Below, piece by piece: positions 46,504 through 56,320 of a DNA stretch of 64,000 nucleotides. The notes below the pieces were generated by a model. The model was not told where the DNA came from and did not search any database. It saw only the letters and a list, made by a program, of their open reading frames with translations. Source of the stretch: Candidatus Nomurabacteria bacterium. GTDB taxonomy: Bacteria; Patescibacteriota; Minisyncoccia; Phycocordibacterales; UBA9973. The stretch's first letter is position 1. Every line of letters begins with the position of its first letter. The stretch spans positions 81,271-145,270 of the forward strand of contig JAIOPO010000005.1 in NCBI GenBank assembly GCA_021413905.1, read 5' to 3'. The position numbers were made by a program, and so were the translations under genes.

Positions 46504-49266
46504 CTAATTTGTTAAAGAATTAATTAATTTTCTTGTAGCAGGACCAAAAATACCATCAGCCTTTAAATTCAAATGTGATTTCTGAAATTGGATCAAAGCA
46601 TTTTTAGTAGCATTCCCAAATTTATTGGTTTCAAAACCTTTAGAACCAACACCTCTTAAAGAAACAGGAAAACCATTTTTATTCAAAAATTCTTGTAATT
46701 TCTTCACATCAAGAGAGGTGTTTCCAAACTTTAAATTATTTTTAAATTTAAAGTTATTATTTGAACTTAAATTTACACAATTATTCAAAGAGCAATCATT
46801 GTTGTTGATAAGATTATTTTGATTTTGATTTAAATTATTCAACAATAAAGCAACACCAGATGGTCTACTGTGCACAACAAAAGGAGTCATTGTTAACATA
46901 TTACTTTGATTACCAAAAGAATCCGTAACACGCACGAAACAATTATGTACACCGACAGGTAAATAGTTTAAAGTAATATGATTAACACCAGAAGAAACAG
47001 AAGTTGTACCAGAAGAACAATCACCATAAAAAACAACACTGCCAGATTCAGAAGAATTTAAATCATAAACAGGAGTACTGTTTGTTGAATTTTGAATTGC
47101 TGATATTTCATTTATTACAGGTGCTTCTGTGTCCACTTCATAATTAGAAGAATCAGTAGAAGCAGAAGGTGCATTACCTGTACTTGTATACCAAGAAGTA
47201 CCGACAGTGATAACATTTGAAAGATCAGCAACAGAAGAATCTGGTGTAAATAATGCCGTATAAATTGTAGGATCAGAAGTTACAGTAAAATCAGAAATTG
47301 AACCATTGGATACGGAAACATCAGCTGAAGTAAAAGCAGTGGGTGTCTCAGAAAAAGTAAATGTAATTGTCGCAGTATCACTTGATTTAAAAGTGTACCG
47401 ACTGAGTGAAATCACAACACTCGGTATAGTTTGATTTACGGTTAATGTATTAGCACTCACTGTTCCAGTTCTTGAATTCACAGCTATATCTGTCAGAACT
47501 GCTTTAAAATTAAAAATATCACTATTTGCAAAATCAGTAATTGCTTCAAAATCTGAAGCAGAGATAGACATTGTTTTTGTTCCAGCTACAACATCTCCAC
47601 TCAAAATAGTATACGCACTTCCAAGATTAGCATATGCACCACTATTTCTACTTGCTTGTATTTGAATTGTTCCACCAATCAAAGAATCATCATTAGAGTT
47701 TAAAGGAACAATAATATTTAAACTAGTATTAGTAGAATTCCAATAATCTGCAACAACGTTTCCACCCACAGATGTCACTGCCCCAGTAGTGAATGCAATC
47801 GGCAAAGTAACGTCAGTACCTGCTGATCCTAATAATAAAGTAGTAGTACCGGCTCCTTGATTTGAAACAGCGATATCTATAATCCCATCATTATTAAAAT
47901 CTGCAGTATTTAATGAAATAGGAGTAGACCCTACAGCGATATCTATTTTAGCACCGAAAGTTCCGTCTCCAACTCCAATTAAAAAAGAAATTGTATTTGC
48001 AGTTTGGTTTGAAACAATCAAATCCTGTTTTCCATCTCTATTTAAATCTACAACGGAAATAAAAACACCAGCATTAGTGCCGACATTATAATTCACAGCG
48101 GTAGCAAAGCTACCAAGACCATCACCAATTAAAACAGAAAGATTGCTTGTGGTTTGATTTGAGGAAACCAAATCAACTTTTCCATCATTATTAAAATCAC
48201 CATAACTCAAACCAATAGGAGCAGTACCAACACTATAATTCACAGCGGTAGCAAAGCTACCAAGACCATCACCAATTAAAACAGAAACGGAATTTGAAGT
48301 TTGGTTTGAAACAGCAATATCAAGATGACCATCACCGTTCAAATCAGTTGAAACAACTCCAGTAGGAGCAGAACCCACAGTAAATGATACAGGGTTAGCA
48401 AAAGTACCAGTACCTGAACCAAAAATAACAGTCGCACTCGTACCTGCTACTGTAGTGGAAACAACCAAATCAATATTACCGTCTTCATTGAAATCACCAG
48501 AAGACATATAACGAGATGTTTTACCAACAGAATAAGTAGAATTAGTACCAAAACTTCCAGCTCCATCACCCAGCAAAACAGAAATACTATTTCCATTATC
48601 ACTTGTAGCAGCTATGTCTAATTTTCCATCTTTGTTAAAATCAGCAACCACCATTCCTCTTGGACGTGAGGCTACTGTGTAATTCGTAGCGGTACCCATA
48701 TTCCCTGTTCCATCGCCGAGAAAAACAGAAATATTTGCAGATGTTTGATTTGAAACAGCCATATCCATATTTCCATCTTGATTGAAATCAGCAGTGACCA
48801 CAAATCTATTACTAGTACCTACAGTATAAGGTGAATGCGATTCAGCAGAAGCTGTATAGTCAAAAAAATGACAACCGCTTGTGGTAAAATTTTGAACAGT
48901 AGAAGCATTGCCTACTCCTGCACTATTCACAGCAAAAGCTTTATAGTAATAAGTAGTATTACATTTCAAAGAAGCACTTGGAAATGTATAAGAAAAAGAA
49001 CCAGTATTAAAAGAACCACTTTTTACAACTTGAAAATTTAAATTATTAGAAGCAGTACCATAATTAAAACCGACAGACAATGCATTCTCTCCACCAGTAT
49101 CACTAATATTTCCCAACAAAACAGCTGAAGTCGCCCCTACTGTAACCAAAGGTGAAGTAGTACTGACTGTTGGAGCAGAAATTGCAAATGCTGAATTTGT
49201 TAAAAATCCAAAGAATATAAAAATTATATATAAAAAAACGCCGTATTTTGTATTATATGTTCGCAT
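46504..49266 (-). CDS. Large exported protein: N-terminal FN3-like region, seven FG-GAP/VCBS-type repeats (beta-propeller) and a C-terminal peptidoglycan-binding (PG_binding_1-like) domain.
   Basis: Signal peptide. Repeats of the form DFN.DG..D.....N.....SV..G.G.G.F occur seven times. The C-terminal segment carries the PG_binding_1-like motifs KKLQEFLNKNGF...DGIFGPATRKLI. Confidence 0.7.
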   Translation of the reverse strand: MRTYNTKYGVFLYIIFIFFGFLTNSAFAISAPTVSTTSPLVTVGATSAVLLGNISDTGGENALSVGFNYGTASNNLNFQVVKSGSFNTGSFSYTFPSASLKCNTTYYYKAFAVNSAGVGNASTVQNFTTSGCHFFDYTASAESHSPYTVGTSNRFVVTADFNQDGNMDMAVSNQTSANISVFLGDGTGNMGTATNYTVASRPRGMVVADFNKDGKLDIAATSDNGNSISVLLGDGAGSFGTNSTYSVGKTSRYMSSGDFNEDGNIDLVVSTTVAGTSATVIFGSGTGTFANPVSFTVGSAPTGVVSTDLNGDGHLDIAVSNQTSNSVSVLIGDGLGSFATAVNYSVGTAPIGLSYGDFNNDGKVDLVSSNQTTSNLSVLIGDGLGSFATAVNYNVGTNAGVFISVVDLNRDGKQDLIVSNQTANTISFLIGVGDGTFGAKIDIAVGSTPISLNTADFNNDGIIDIAVSNQGAGTTTLLLGSAGTDVTLPIAFTTGAVTSVGGNVVADYWNSTNTSLNIIVPLNSNDDSLIGGTIQIQASRNSGAYANLGSAYTILSGDVVAGTKTMSISASDFEAITDFANSDIFNFKAVLTDIAVNSRTGTVSANTLTVNQTIPSVVISLSRYTFKSSDTATITFTFSETPTAFTSADVSVSNGSISDFTVTSDPTIYTALFTPDSSVADLSNVITVGTSWYTSTGNAPSASTDSSNYEVDTEAPVINEISAIQNSTNSTPVYDLNSSESGSVVFYGDCSSGTTSVSSGVNHITLNYLPVGVHNCFVRVTDSFGNQSNMLTMTPFVVHSRPSGVALLLNNLNQNQNNLINNNDCSLNNCVNLSSNNNFKFKNNLKFGNTSLDVKKLQEFLNKNGFPVSLRGVGSKGFETNKFGNATKNALIQFQKSHLNLKADGIFGPATRKLINSLTN

Positions 49267-49302
49267 ACATTTATTATAACAATAATAAAAATAAAAAACT
49301 AC

Positions 49303-50319
49303 TTATATCAAATTCACTTCTGGTGTAATGCTAATACCGAATTTTTCAAAAACAGAATCTATAATTAAATTGGCAAAATTAACCATTTCTACTCCATCAG
49401 CACCACCATAATTTACCAAAACAAGGGCTTGTTTTTCATGAACTCCTACATTACCTACCCTTCTCCCTTTCCATCCAGCTTTTTCTATCAACCAAGCCGT
49501 AGGAATTTTTATTTTTTCATTTTCATTAAAATAATTCATTTCCGGATATTTTTCCAAAAGTTCATTTAATTTTTTTTGATCAATATAAACATTTTTAAAA
49601 AAAGAACCTGCGTTACCTAAAACTTTCGGATCAGGTAATTTACTTTTACGAATTAAGGAAACAGCATCACTTACATCTTTAGATGTTTCAAGTTTTAAAT
49701 TATTTTCTTTTATATATTCTTCTAAAACTTTATATGAGGTGTTTAATTTATTTTTTTTAGATAATTTCACAGTAATACTTGAAATAAAATATTTTCCCTT
49801 TAATTCATTTTTAAAAATACTATCCCTGTATCCAAAATTACATTCTGTATTATTAAAAATTCTTTTTTCTCCAGAATCTATTTCATAAGATTCTAAACTT
49901 TCTAAAATATCTTTAAGCTCCACACCATACGCTCCTATGTTTTGTATTGGCGAAGCTCCCACAGTGCCTGGTATTAAAGACATATTTTCAATTCCCCAAA
50001 AATTATTTTCTACACAAAAAACAACCAAATCATGCCATAATTCCCCGCCAAATGCTTTTACCCAAACATTTATATCATCTTCTTTTAAAATCTCAATTCC
50101 TTTTAATTTATTTAAAATAACCAAGCCGTCAAAATCTTTAGTAAAAAGAATATTACTTCCCCCACCCAAAAAAAGAATATTATTTTTTTTAAATTCTTCA
50201 GAATTTAAAATATTTTTTAAATCATTTTCATTTTCAATAATGAAAAAAAGTTTTGATTTAACAAAAACACCAAAAGTATTTAAATCTTTTAAATTAAAAT
50301 CTTTTAAGATTTTCATCTT
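49303..50319 (-). CDS. murB: UDP-N-acetylenolpyruvoylglucosamine reductase MurB.
   Basis: FAD-binding GGGSNILF plus the MurB C-terminal domain. Start is probably MKILKDFNL..., which overlaps the upstream stop by 1 nt. Confidence 0.8.
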   Translation of the reverse strand, partial: KMKILKDFNLKDLNTFGVFVKSKLFFIIENENDLKNILNSEEFKKNNILFLGGGSNILFTKDFDGLVILNKLKGIEILKEDDINVWVKAFGGELWHDLVVFCVENNFWGIENMSLIPGTVGASPIQNIGAYGVELKDILESLESYEIDSGEKRIFNNTECNFGYRDSIFKNELKGKYFISSITVKLSKKNKLNTSYKVLEEYIKENNLKLETSKDVSDAVSLIRKSKLPDPKVLGNAGSFFKNVYIDQKKLNELLEKYPEMNYFNENEKIKIPTAWLIEKAGWKGRRVGNVGVHEKQALVLVNYGGADGVEMVNFANLIIDSVFEKFGISITPEVNLI

Positions 50320-51596
50320 TAAAACCAAAGAGAAATTATCGTAGTAATACCAACCAATGTCATCAATAAAAACAAAATCCAACCAAAAAATTTAATCAAT
50401 TTGCTATTTTTATATTCTCCCATTATTTTTTCATTTGAACTTAAACCTAATATTAAAAAAATAATAATAGGTGCAACTAAACCATTCAACATGGCAGAAT
50501 AAATCAATGCTTTAATTGAATCTAACCCTATAAAATTTAAAAGAATTCCAAAACCAACAGCTAAAATAATAACTCCATAAAAAGCTAATGCTTCTCGCCA
50601 ATTTCTATACAAACCTTCTTTCCAACCAAAAAATTCAGAAACTGCATAAGAAACAGATCCAGCCAAAACAGGTATCGCTAAAAGACCAGTACCCACAATA
50701 CCGATAGCAAAAAGTATAAAAGTAAAATTCCCCGCCAATGGTCGTAAAGCATAAGCAGCGTCTGTGGCAGTTGTTATATTTGTAATACCATTTTTAAATA
50801 AAGTAGAAGCACAAGTAAGTATTATAAAAAACATTACGACATTTGAAAAAAACATTCCAGACCAGACATCTGCACGCATTTTTTTTATATCATTTTTTAT
50901 ATCTAAATCAGAAGAAATACCTTCAGCTGACTGAGGGATAAGACTATACTCTTCTACTTCTTGAGAAGTTTGCCAGAAAAAAAGATAAGGCGAGATTGTT
51001 GTTCCCAATATTGCACAGATTAAAATCAAGCTATCTTTTGATATATGAATATTTGGTATAAAAGTATGCTTTAATACCTGAAACCAGTCTATCTGAATTA
51101 CAAAAACAGCAAAAACATATGCAAACAAAACAAAAGTCAGATATTTCAAATATTTTGAATATTTTTTATACGAAATAAATATTTGTAAAACCAAACAAAA
51201 CACAGCAAAAATAATAACCAATAAAGCAAAATTTAAATGAGGAAAGACTAATCGCACTCCCTGAGCCATTGCTCCCAAATCTGCGCCGATATTAAATATA
51301 TTTGCAGAAAGTAAAAGCAAGGCACAGATAAATAAAACTTTTTTAGAATAATTTCTTTTTATATTATAAGCAAGACCTGCCCCTGTAACGAGGCCTATAC
51401 GCGCGCACATTTCTTGGACTATAGCCATCAAAGGAAATGTAAAAAGAGCAAGCCAAATCATATTTAATCCATATTTAGCTCCTGTTTGAGAATAAGTAGC
51501 GATACCAGAAGGATCATCATCGGCTGCTCCTGTTGTGAGTCCGGGACCCAAAGCTTTCCAATAATTCTCGAAAATATTAAATATTTTTTTAGGCAT
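50319..51596 (-). CDS. mntH: NRAMP-family divalent metal (Mn2+/Fe2+) transporter.
   Basis: GPGLTTGAADDDPSGIATY consensus at the N-terminus; polytopic. Confidence 0.85.
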   Translation of the reverse strand: MPKKIFNIFENYWKALGPGLTTGAADDDPSGIATYSQTGAKYGLNMIWLALFTFPLMAIVQEMCARIGLVTGAGLAYNIKRNYSKKVLFICALLLLSANIFNIGADLGAMAQGVRLVFPHLNFALLVIIFAVFCLVLQIFISYKKYSKYLKYLTFVLFAYVFAVFVIQIDWFQVLKHTFIPNIHISKDSLILICAILGTTISPYLFFWQTSQEVEEYSLIPQSAEGISSDLDIKNDIKKMRADVWSGMFFSNVVMFFIILTCASTLFKNGITNITTATDAAYALRPLAGNFTFILFAIGIVGTGLLAIPVLAGSVSYAVSEFFGWKEGLYRNWREALAFYGVIILAVGFGILLNFIGLDSIKALIYSAMLNGLVAPIIIFLILGLSSNEKIMGEYKNSKLIKFFGWILFLLMTLVGITTIISLWF

Positions 51597-51601
51597 AATT
51601 T

Positions 51602-53023
51602 TTATTTATTTTTTTCAAAATCAATACTAATAGAAAAAATATTTTTGTCATTTTTCATAGAAGTCATAAATTGCAAACCGAAAGGCAAACCAGAGGAAGA
51701 AAATCCGCATGGTATGGAAATACTCGGTATGCCGGAAATATTCGCAGGCACAGTAAAAATGTCAGATAGATACATTTGCAAAGGATCTTTTTTTTCTCCG
51801 AATTTAAATGCCGGAGTCGGAGTCGTCGGAGTAGCGATAAAATCAACTTTTTTAAAAATATCTTCAAATTCTTTTTCGATTACATGGCGAACTTTCCAAG
51901 CTTTGTTGTAATATGCGTCATAATATCCATGAGACAGGACATACGATCCTAAAATAATTCTGCGTCTTGTTTCTGCACCAAAACCCGCTGAACGAGATTT
52001 TTTGTAAGTATCAAACATATTCTCCCCTTCTTTTCGCAAACCATAACGCACGCCATCTAAACGAGAAAGATTTGTAGAAACTTCCGCTGGCATTAAAATA
52101 TAATAAACAGCCAAAGAAAATTTTGAATATGGTAAATCAATATCCACTATTTCATATCCTTGTTTTTTTAATTTTTCCAAAGACTCTTCAAAATTTTTAA
52201 TTATTTCAATATCAACTCCTTCTTTCAACCAATTTCGAGGCACACCTATTTTCTTGCCACTTTTATTTTCAGAATTTATTTCTATACTTGTACTATCCAT
52301 CTCATCTTTACCTACAATGCAATCAAAAATTATTTTTGCATCTTCAACTGTTTTTGCAACAGGACCTATTTGATCCAAAGATGAAGACATCGCCATCGTG
52401 CCGTTTCTGGAAACTCCGCCATAAGACGGCTTCATACCTACAAGCCCGCAAAAAGACGCCGGCTGGCGAATAGAACCTCCTGTGTCAGTACCTAATGCAC
52501 CAAGAGCCATACCTGCAACAACAGAAGCAGTGGAACCACCCGAAGAACCTCCCGGAACACGAGTCGGATCAATCGGATTCTTAACTACTCCATATGCAGA
52601 ATTTTCAGTAGAAGAACCCATAGCAAACTCATCCATATTTGTCCTGCCAATAAAAACTGCACCTGCTTCTTTTAATTTCTTAATAAGATATGCATCATAG
52701 CTTGCCACATAATTTTCAAGCATTTTGGATCCTGCGCTCACTTTTCTACCAGTTATTAAAATATTGTCTTTGATAGCCAAAGGTATACCGGTCAGCAATG
52801 TGCCTTGTCCGCTTTTTATGATCTCATCCGCTTTTTTAGCTTGCTCTAATGCATCAGAAAAAACTTCCAAAAAAATATTTAGCTCTTTATTTTTTTCTTC
52901 AATATTTTTCAAACAAGCAGAGACTAAATCAACTGAGGTCAATTCTCCTTTTTGCATCATCTCTCCCGCTTTTTCTATTGTTAAATTTTTTATATCCATA
53001 AAATATTTAATTAAGAAAATCAA
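51602..53023 (-). CDS. gatA: Glu-tRNA(Gln)/Asp-tRNA(Asn) amidotransferase subunit A.
   Basis: Amidase signature GGSSGGS. Confidence 0.9.
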   Translation of the reverse strand: MIFLIKYFMDIKNLTIEKAGEMMQKGELTSVDLVSACLKNIEEKNKELNIFLEVFSDALEQAKKADEIIKSGQGTLLTGIPLAIKDNILITGRKVSAGSKMLENYVASYDAYLIKKLKEAGAVFIGRTNMDEFAMGSSTENSAYGVVKNPIDPTRVPGGSSGGSTASVVAGMALGALGTDTGGSIRQPASFCGLVGMKPSYGGVSRNGTMAMSSSLDQIGPVAKTVEDAKIIFDCIVGKDEMDSTSIEINSENKSGKKIGVPRNWLKEGVDIEIIKNFEESLEKLKKQGYEIVDIDLPYSKFSLAVYYILMPAEVSTNLSRLDGVRYGLRKEGENMFDTYKKSRSAGFGAETRRRIILGSYVLSHGYYDAYYNKAWKVRHVIEKEFEDIFKKVDFIATPTTPTPAFKFGEKKDPLQMYLSDIFTVPANISGIPSISIPCGFSSSGLPFGLQFMTSMKNDKNIFSISIDFEKNK

Positions 53024-53103
53024 AGATTTGAAGCGTCGTGGGTTCCCTGTCCTATGTCTCCGAGGGTGAAGGCGCTAAAATCTTTGAATTTCTTAATTTA
53101 TAA
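53024..53103 (-). promoter_or_regulatory. Structured intergenic element between gatC and gatA: a GC-rich core inside a ~19-bp AT-rich inverted repeat.
   Basis: ttaagaaattcaaagattt ... aaatctttgattttcttaa flanks the core gcgccttcaccctcggagacataggacagggaacccacgacgc. Confidence 0.4.
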
Positions 53104-53376
53104 TCATAAAATCTTCTTCACTTTTACATAATCATCCTGTGAATCCGGAAATTGTTTTATAATCAAATCTTTTGAAAAATCTTTCATTAAAATTTCATCC
53201 TCTCTCCATATATTTTTATTCACATACTCAGGTTCAATATCCGGAACTTCAAGCATTTCTATTTGTTTTACATAATCCAAAATACCAGCCATATCAGAAA
53301 GCAAAGAAACCTTTTCCTCTTCAGAAAGCTCTATTTTTGACATTTCCGCCAAATTCTCTATATCCTTTATCTCCAT
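53104..53376 (-). CDS. gatC: Glu-tRNA(Gln) amidotransferase subunit C.
   Basis: GatC sequence (LSEEEK...L..ILDYV). Confidence 0.8.
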   Translation of the reverse strand: MEIKDIENLAEMSKIELSEEEKVSLLSDMAGILDYVKQIEMLEVPDIEPEYVNKNIWREDEILMKDFSKDLIIKQFPDSQDDYVKVKKIL

Positions 53377-53412
53377 ACCAAAAGTATAGCAAAATATAAG
53401 AAAAATTGGAAT

Positions 53413-54309
53413 TTAATTACCGAGCAAAGCTTTTATTCTCTCTTCCACAGGTGGATGTGTGCTAAATAAATTTGAGACTTTTTGACCTAAGCTACCTTTA
53501 TTACCAAAAGGATTCGCTATAAAAAGATGCGCTGTGGCTGTGTTTGCGTGAGCCATCGGTCTGGAATATTTTGATATTTTCTGCAAAGCATTCGCCAGCC
53601 CTTCCGGATAACGGGTGAGCAATGCCCCCGATGCGTCTGCTAGGAATTCTCTTTTTCTGGAAATCGCGAGCTGGATAAGAGTTGCAAAAATCGGCGCTAA
53701 AATCGAAAGCACAATACCGATGAGCATCATCAGTCCATTATTATTTTCATTATCTCTATTTCTACCACCTCCGAAAAACATAGAACGCAAAAACATATCG
53801 GCAATTATAGAAATAAAGCCAACTAAAACCACCACGACAGTCGAAAGTAAAATATCTCTGTTGCCTATGTGTGAAAGCTCGTGAGCTATCACACCTTCCA
53901 TTTCGCTCTTGTCTAAAATCTGCAATATTCCCGTCGTCACTGCCACCACTGCATGATTTTTATCTCTGCCTGTGGCAAAAGCATTCGGCGCAGGGTCTTC
54001 TATAATATAAAGTTTCGGCATTGGAAGTCCCGCAGTAATTGCAAGATTTTCAACAATATTCCACAGCTCCGGATTTTGCTCTTTTTTGATTTGCTTCGCG
54101 CGGTTTAAACTCAAAGCTATTTTATCCGAATACCAATAACTCGCTATGTTCATCACTATGCTGAAAATAACAAAGAAATACAGAATATTCGGATTCCTAT
54201 AATATTGCGAAAAGAAAAAACCAATCGCAATAACAATCACAAAAAACATGCTCATCAAGAGCCAAGTCTTTGTCACATTTTTTGATTGCTCTGTATAAAG
54301 TGTTGCCAT
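53413..54309 (-). CDS. htpX: HtpX-type M48 zinc metalloprotease.
   Basis: HELSHIGNRD HExxH motif plus four TM segments. Confidence 0.85.
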   Translation of the reverse strand: MATLYTEQSKNVTKTWLLMSMFFVIVIAIGFFFSQYYRNPNILYFFVIFSIVMNIASYWYSDKIALSLNRAKQIKKEQNPELWNIVENLAITAGLPMPKLYIIEDPAPNAFATGRDKNHAVVAVTTGILQILDKSEMEGVIAHELSHIGNRDILLSTVVVVLVGFISIIADMFLRSMFFGGGRNRDNENNNGLMMLIGIVLSILAPIFATLIQLAISRKREFLADASGALLTRYPEGLANALQKISKYSRPMAHANTATAHLFIANPFGNKGSLGQKVSNLFSTHPPVEERIKALLGN

Positions 54310-54313
54310 ATTT

Positions 54314-54517
54314 TTATTCTATTTCTGCATCCCTTAAAATATTCTTTACAATTTTAGGATGAAGAATTTTTGAACTGTGTTTTGGAATAGTAATTCGCAC
54401 GCCTTTGCCATTGTGAAAAATCATATGACTTCCACTCTGGCGAGACAAGGAAAATCCAATAGACTTTATTATTTTTATAATTTGGCCAGCAGTATACCTG
54501 AGAGTTTTTGGAGACAT
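54314..54517 (-). CDS. hicA: HicA-family mRNA interferase toxin.
   Basis: 67 aa containing GSHMIFH..G (HicA GSHh.h motif) with dsRBD-like fold features. Confidence 0.75.
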   Translation of the reverse strand: MSPKTLRYTAGQIIKIIKSIGFSLSRQSGSHMIFHNGKGVRITIPKHSSKILHPKIVKNILRDAEIE

Positions 54518-54520
54518 ATT

Positions 54521-54751
54521 TTAAGCCACTGCAACTTGAAAATTAGAAAATGTAAAAAATCTTTCAGAAAGTTTTAGTTTTTCTTTTTTTGCAACCCTGT
54601 CTGCAATATGAAGCTTTATGGCATCTTTGATATTTTTTACAACATCTTCATAAGTTTTGCCTTGTGTATAGCATCCCTGCAAATCTAAACATTCGGCAAC
54701 AAAGCCGTCTTTATCTTGTTCTATAACGACAGAAAAGTTTTGTATCTTCAT
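54521..54751 (-). CDS. hicB: HicB-family antitoxin (UPF0150).
   Basis: 76 aa with FSVVIEQDKDGFVAECLDLQGCYTQGKTYEDVVKNIKDAI; 3-bp spacing to hicA. Confidence 0.7.
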   Translation of the reverse strand: MKIQNFSVVIEQDKDGFVAECLDLQGCYTQGKTYEDVVKNIKDAIKLHIADRVAKKEKLKLSERFFTFSNFQVAVA

Positions 54752-54819
54752 ATTTTTATTTTAACACACCATATGCCAAAACCGCAACTATTCTAAATTG
54801 AAGTGCTTTTATAGTCAAA

Positions 54820-55794
54820 CTAACGATAAAAAGGATTAAAATGCTCTGCTAAATTACGAAAGCACAAAAACTCTAGATAAAAATTTTCATACAACTCTGT
54901 ATTTTTTGAAAAACTTTTAAAAGGATTAATAACTTTAAACATAGATTTATCTTTACTATTATTTATATTATTAATATAATATTTTACAAAAATAGAACTT
55001 TTAGTAAAATAAAAATCATATCTTCTTTGATTGTTAAAAAATTTAATAAATTCCATAAGTAGTTCCATTGTATGTGGATTTAATAATTCCCTTACTTCAA
55101 TTTGATCTTTGCAATACACATCAAACATTTTCTCGAAATCATTACTTTCCAAGAAAACTGCTTCTTTCTTGTATCCAAGTAAAGCAAAATCCTCAAATCC
55201 TGGAACAAGCGCTACTTTTTTTGATTTTACTAATACATCATTTTTCATTTTAAATTTATCAGATAAATATTTTATCTCTGTTATATAAGAATGTGAAGTG
55301 ATTTTTGTTCTGCTACTATTATTCGAAACTGCTATTTCATACCCTTCAATAAAAACATCACAAATTTCTTTATTGAACATATTTTGTGTTTCATACTTTA
55401 TATGACTTTGAATACAATCGATACCATCATGAGGATTAACCAAACACCTATTATCTAAATAATCTGGAGAGTCGCTTGGTATAAACTCATAGAAAAGCTT
55501 TTTATCAATCAACTTAGCCAAAATAGGTATAACATCATTGCGTGGGTCAATACTCTGAATGTCATAAATGGCTACTAAGACAGGCAAAATAAATGCATAC
55601 GTAATAAGGTTATAAACATCTGACGTATCTTTACTTTTAAAGATAAAGTAATCCAGAATAAGTAGAGTAAGAGAAAATAAGCTACCAGCAAAAAATCCAA
55701 GAAATAAAAGACGTTTTCGTTTATTATCAGATTTAATTAAAAGACTTTTAACATCAGAGCGAGATAGAAAAGTTTTTATAAATTCTTTATTCAT
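54820..55794 (-). CDS. Hypothetical membrane protein with two N-terminal TM helices (possibly DUF3137-like).
   Basis: 324 aa with TM pair at residues ~28-50 and ~62-80 followed by a soluble domain. The family assignment is from memory and uncertain. Confidence 0.4.
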   Translation of the reverse strand: MNKEFIKTFLSRSDVKSLLIKSDNKRKRLLFLGFFAGSLFSLTLLILDYFIFKSKDTSDVYNLITYAFILPVLVAIYDIQSIDPRNDVIPILAKLIDKKLFYEFIPSDSPDYLDNRCLVNPHDGIDCIQSHIKYETQNMFNKEICDVFIEGYEIAVSNNSSRTKITSHSYITEIKYLSDKFKMKNDVLVKSKKVALVPGFEDFALLGYKKEAVFLESNDFEKMFDVYCKDQIEVRELLNPHTMELLMEFIKFFNNQRRYDFYFTKSSIFVKYYINNINNSKDKSMFKVINPFKSFSKNTELYENFYLEFLCFRNLAEHFNPFYR

Positions 55795-55822
55795 TTGATG
55801 AACTAAATTAAATAATATATAA

Positions 55823-56320
55823 CTATTCTATCACAATTGGAATTAAAATAGATTTGTCATTTTCGGGCAAACCTGAAGCATTGTCATTGTGGATTTCAAA
55901 ATATGATGGACCCTTTGGGAGAGTGGAGAAATCAATATTGCCTTCAAATTCCACCGGTTCTGCAGTCATCCATTCAGTCTTTGCCACGGCATTGCTTGAT
56001 TTTAATACTTTTTTATTTGCGTCCAAAATATTTATCAAGATATTTCCTTCAAAAAAATATCCGCCTTTAATGCTTCCTCTGTATGAAAGAATGCCATGCA
56101 CTTTTGTATTCGGAAAAACAGAAAAAGAAATTAAATCATCTTTATTCCCCTGCAATAAATCTTTTGGATATGTTTCAATATTATTTACTTTTGTATTTTC
56201 ATTTACCGGAGCTTTGACTTCCATTTTAAAAATGAAAAAACCAAGAATAATTATTACAACAATTATTAATATAATCGAAACTTTTTTTGCCATAAATTTA
56301 AATATTATAATTGTATCCAT
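55823..56320 (-). CDS. Small exported hypothetical protein (N-terminal TM or signal anchor).
   Basis: Hydrophobic N-terminus KKVSIILIIVVIIILGFFIF. The start is more likely the second Met. Confidence 0.45.
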   Translation of the reverse strand: MDTIIIFKFMAKKVSIILIIVVIIILGFFIFKMEVKAPVNENTKVNNIETYPKDLLQGNKDDLISFSVFPNTKVHGILSYRGSIKGGYFFEGNILINILDANKKVLKSSNAVAKTEWMTAEPVEFEGNIDFSTLPKGPSYFEIHNDNASGLPENDKSILIPIVIE

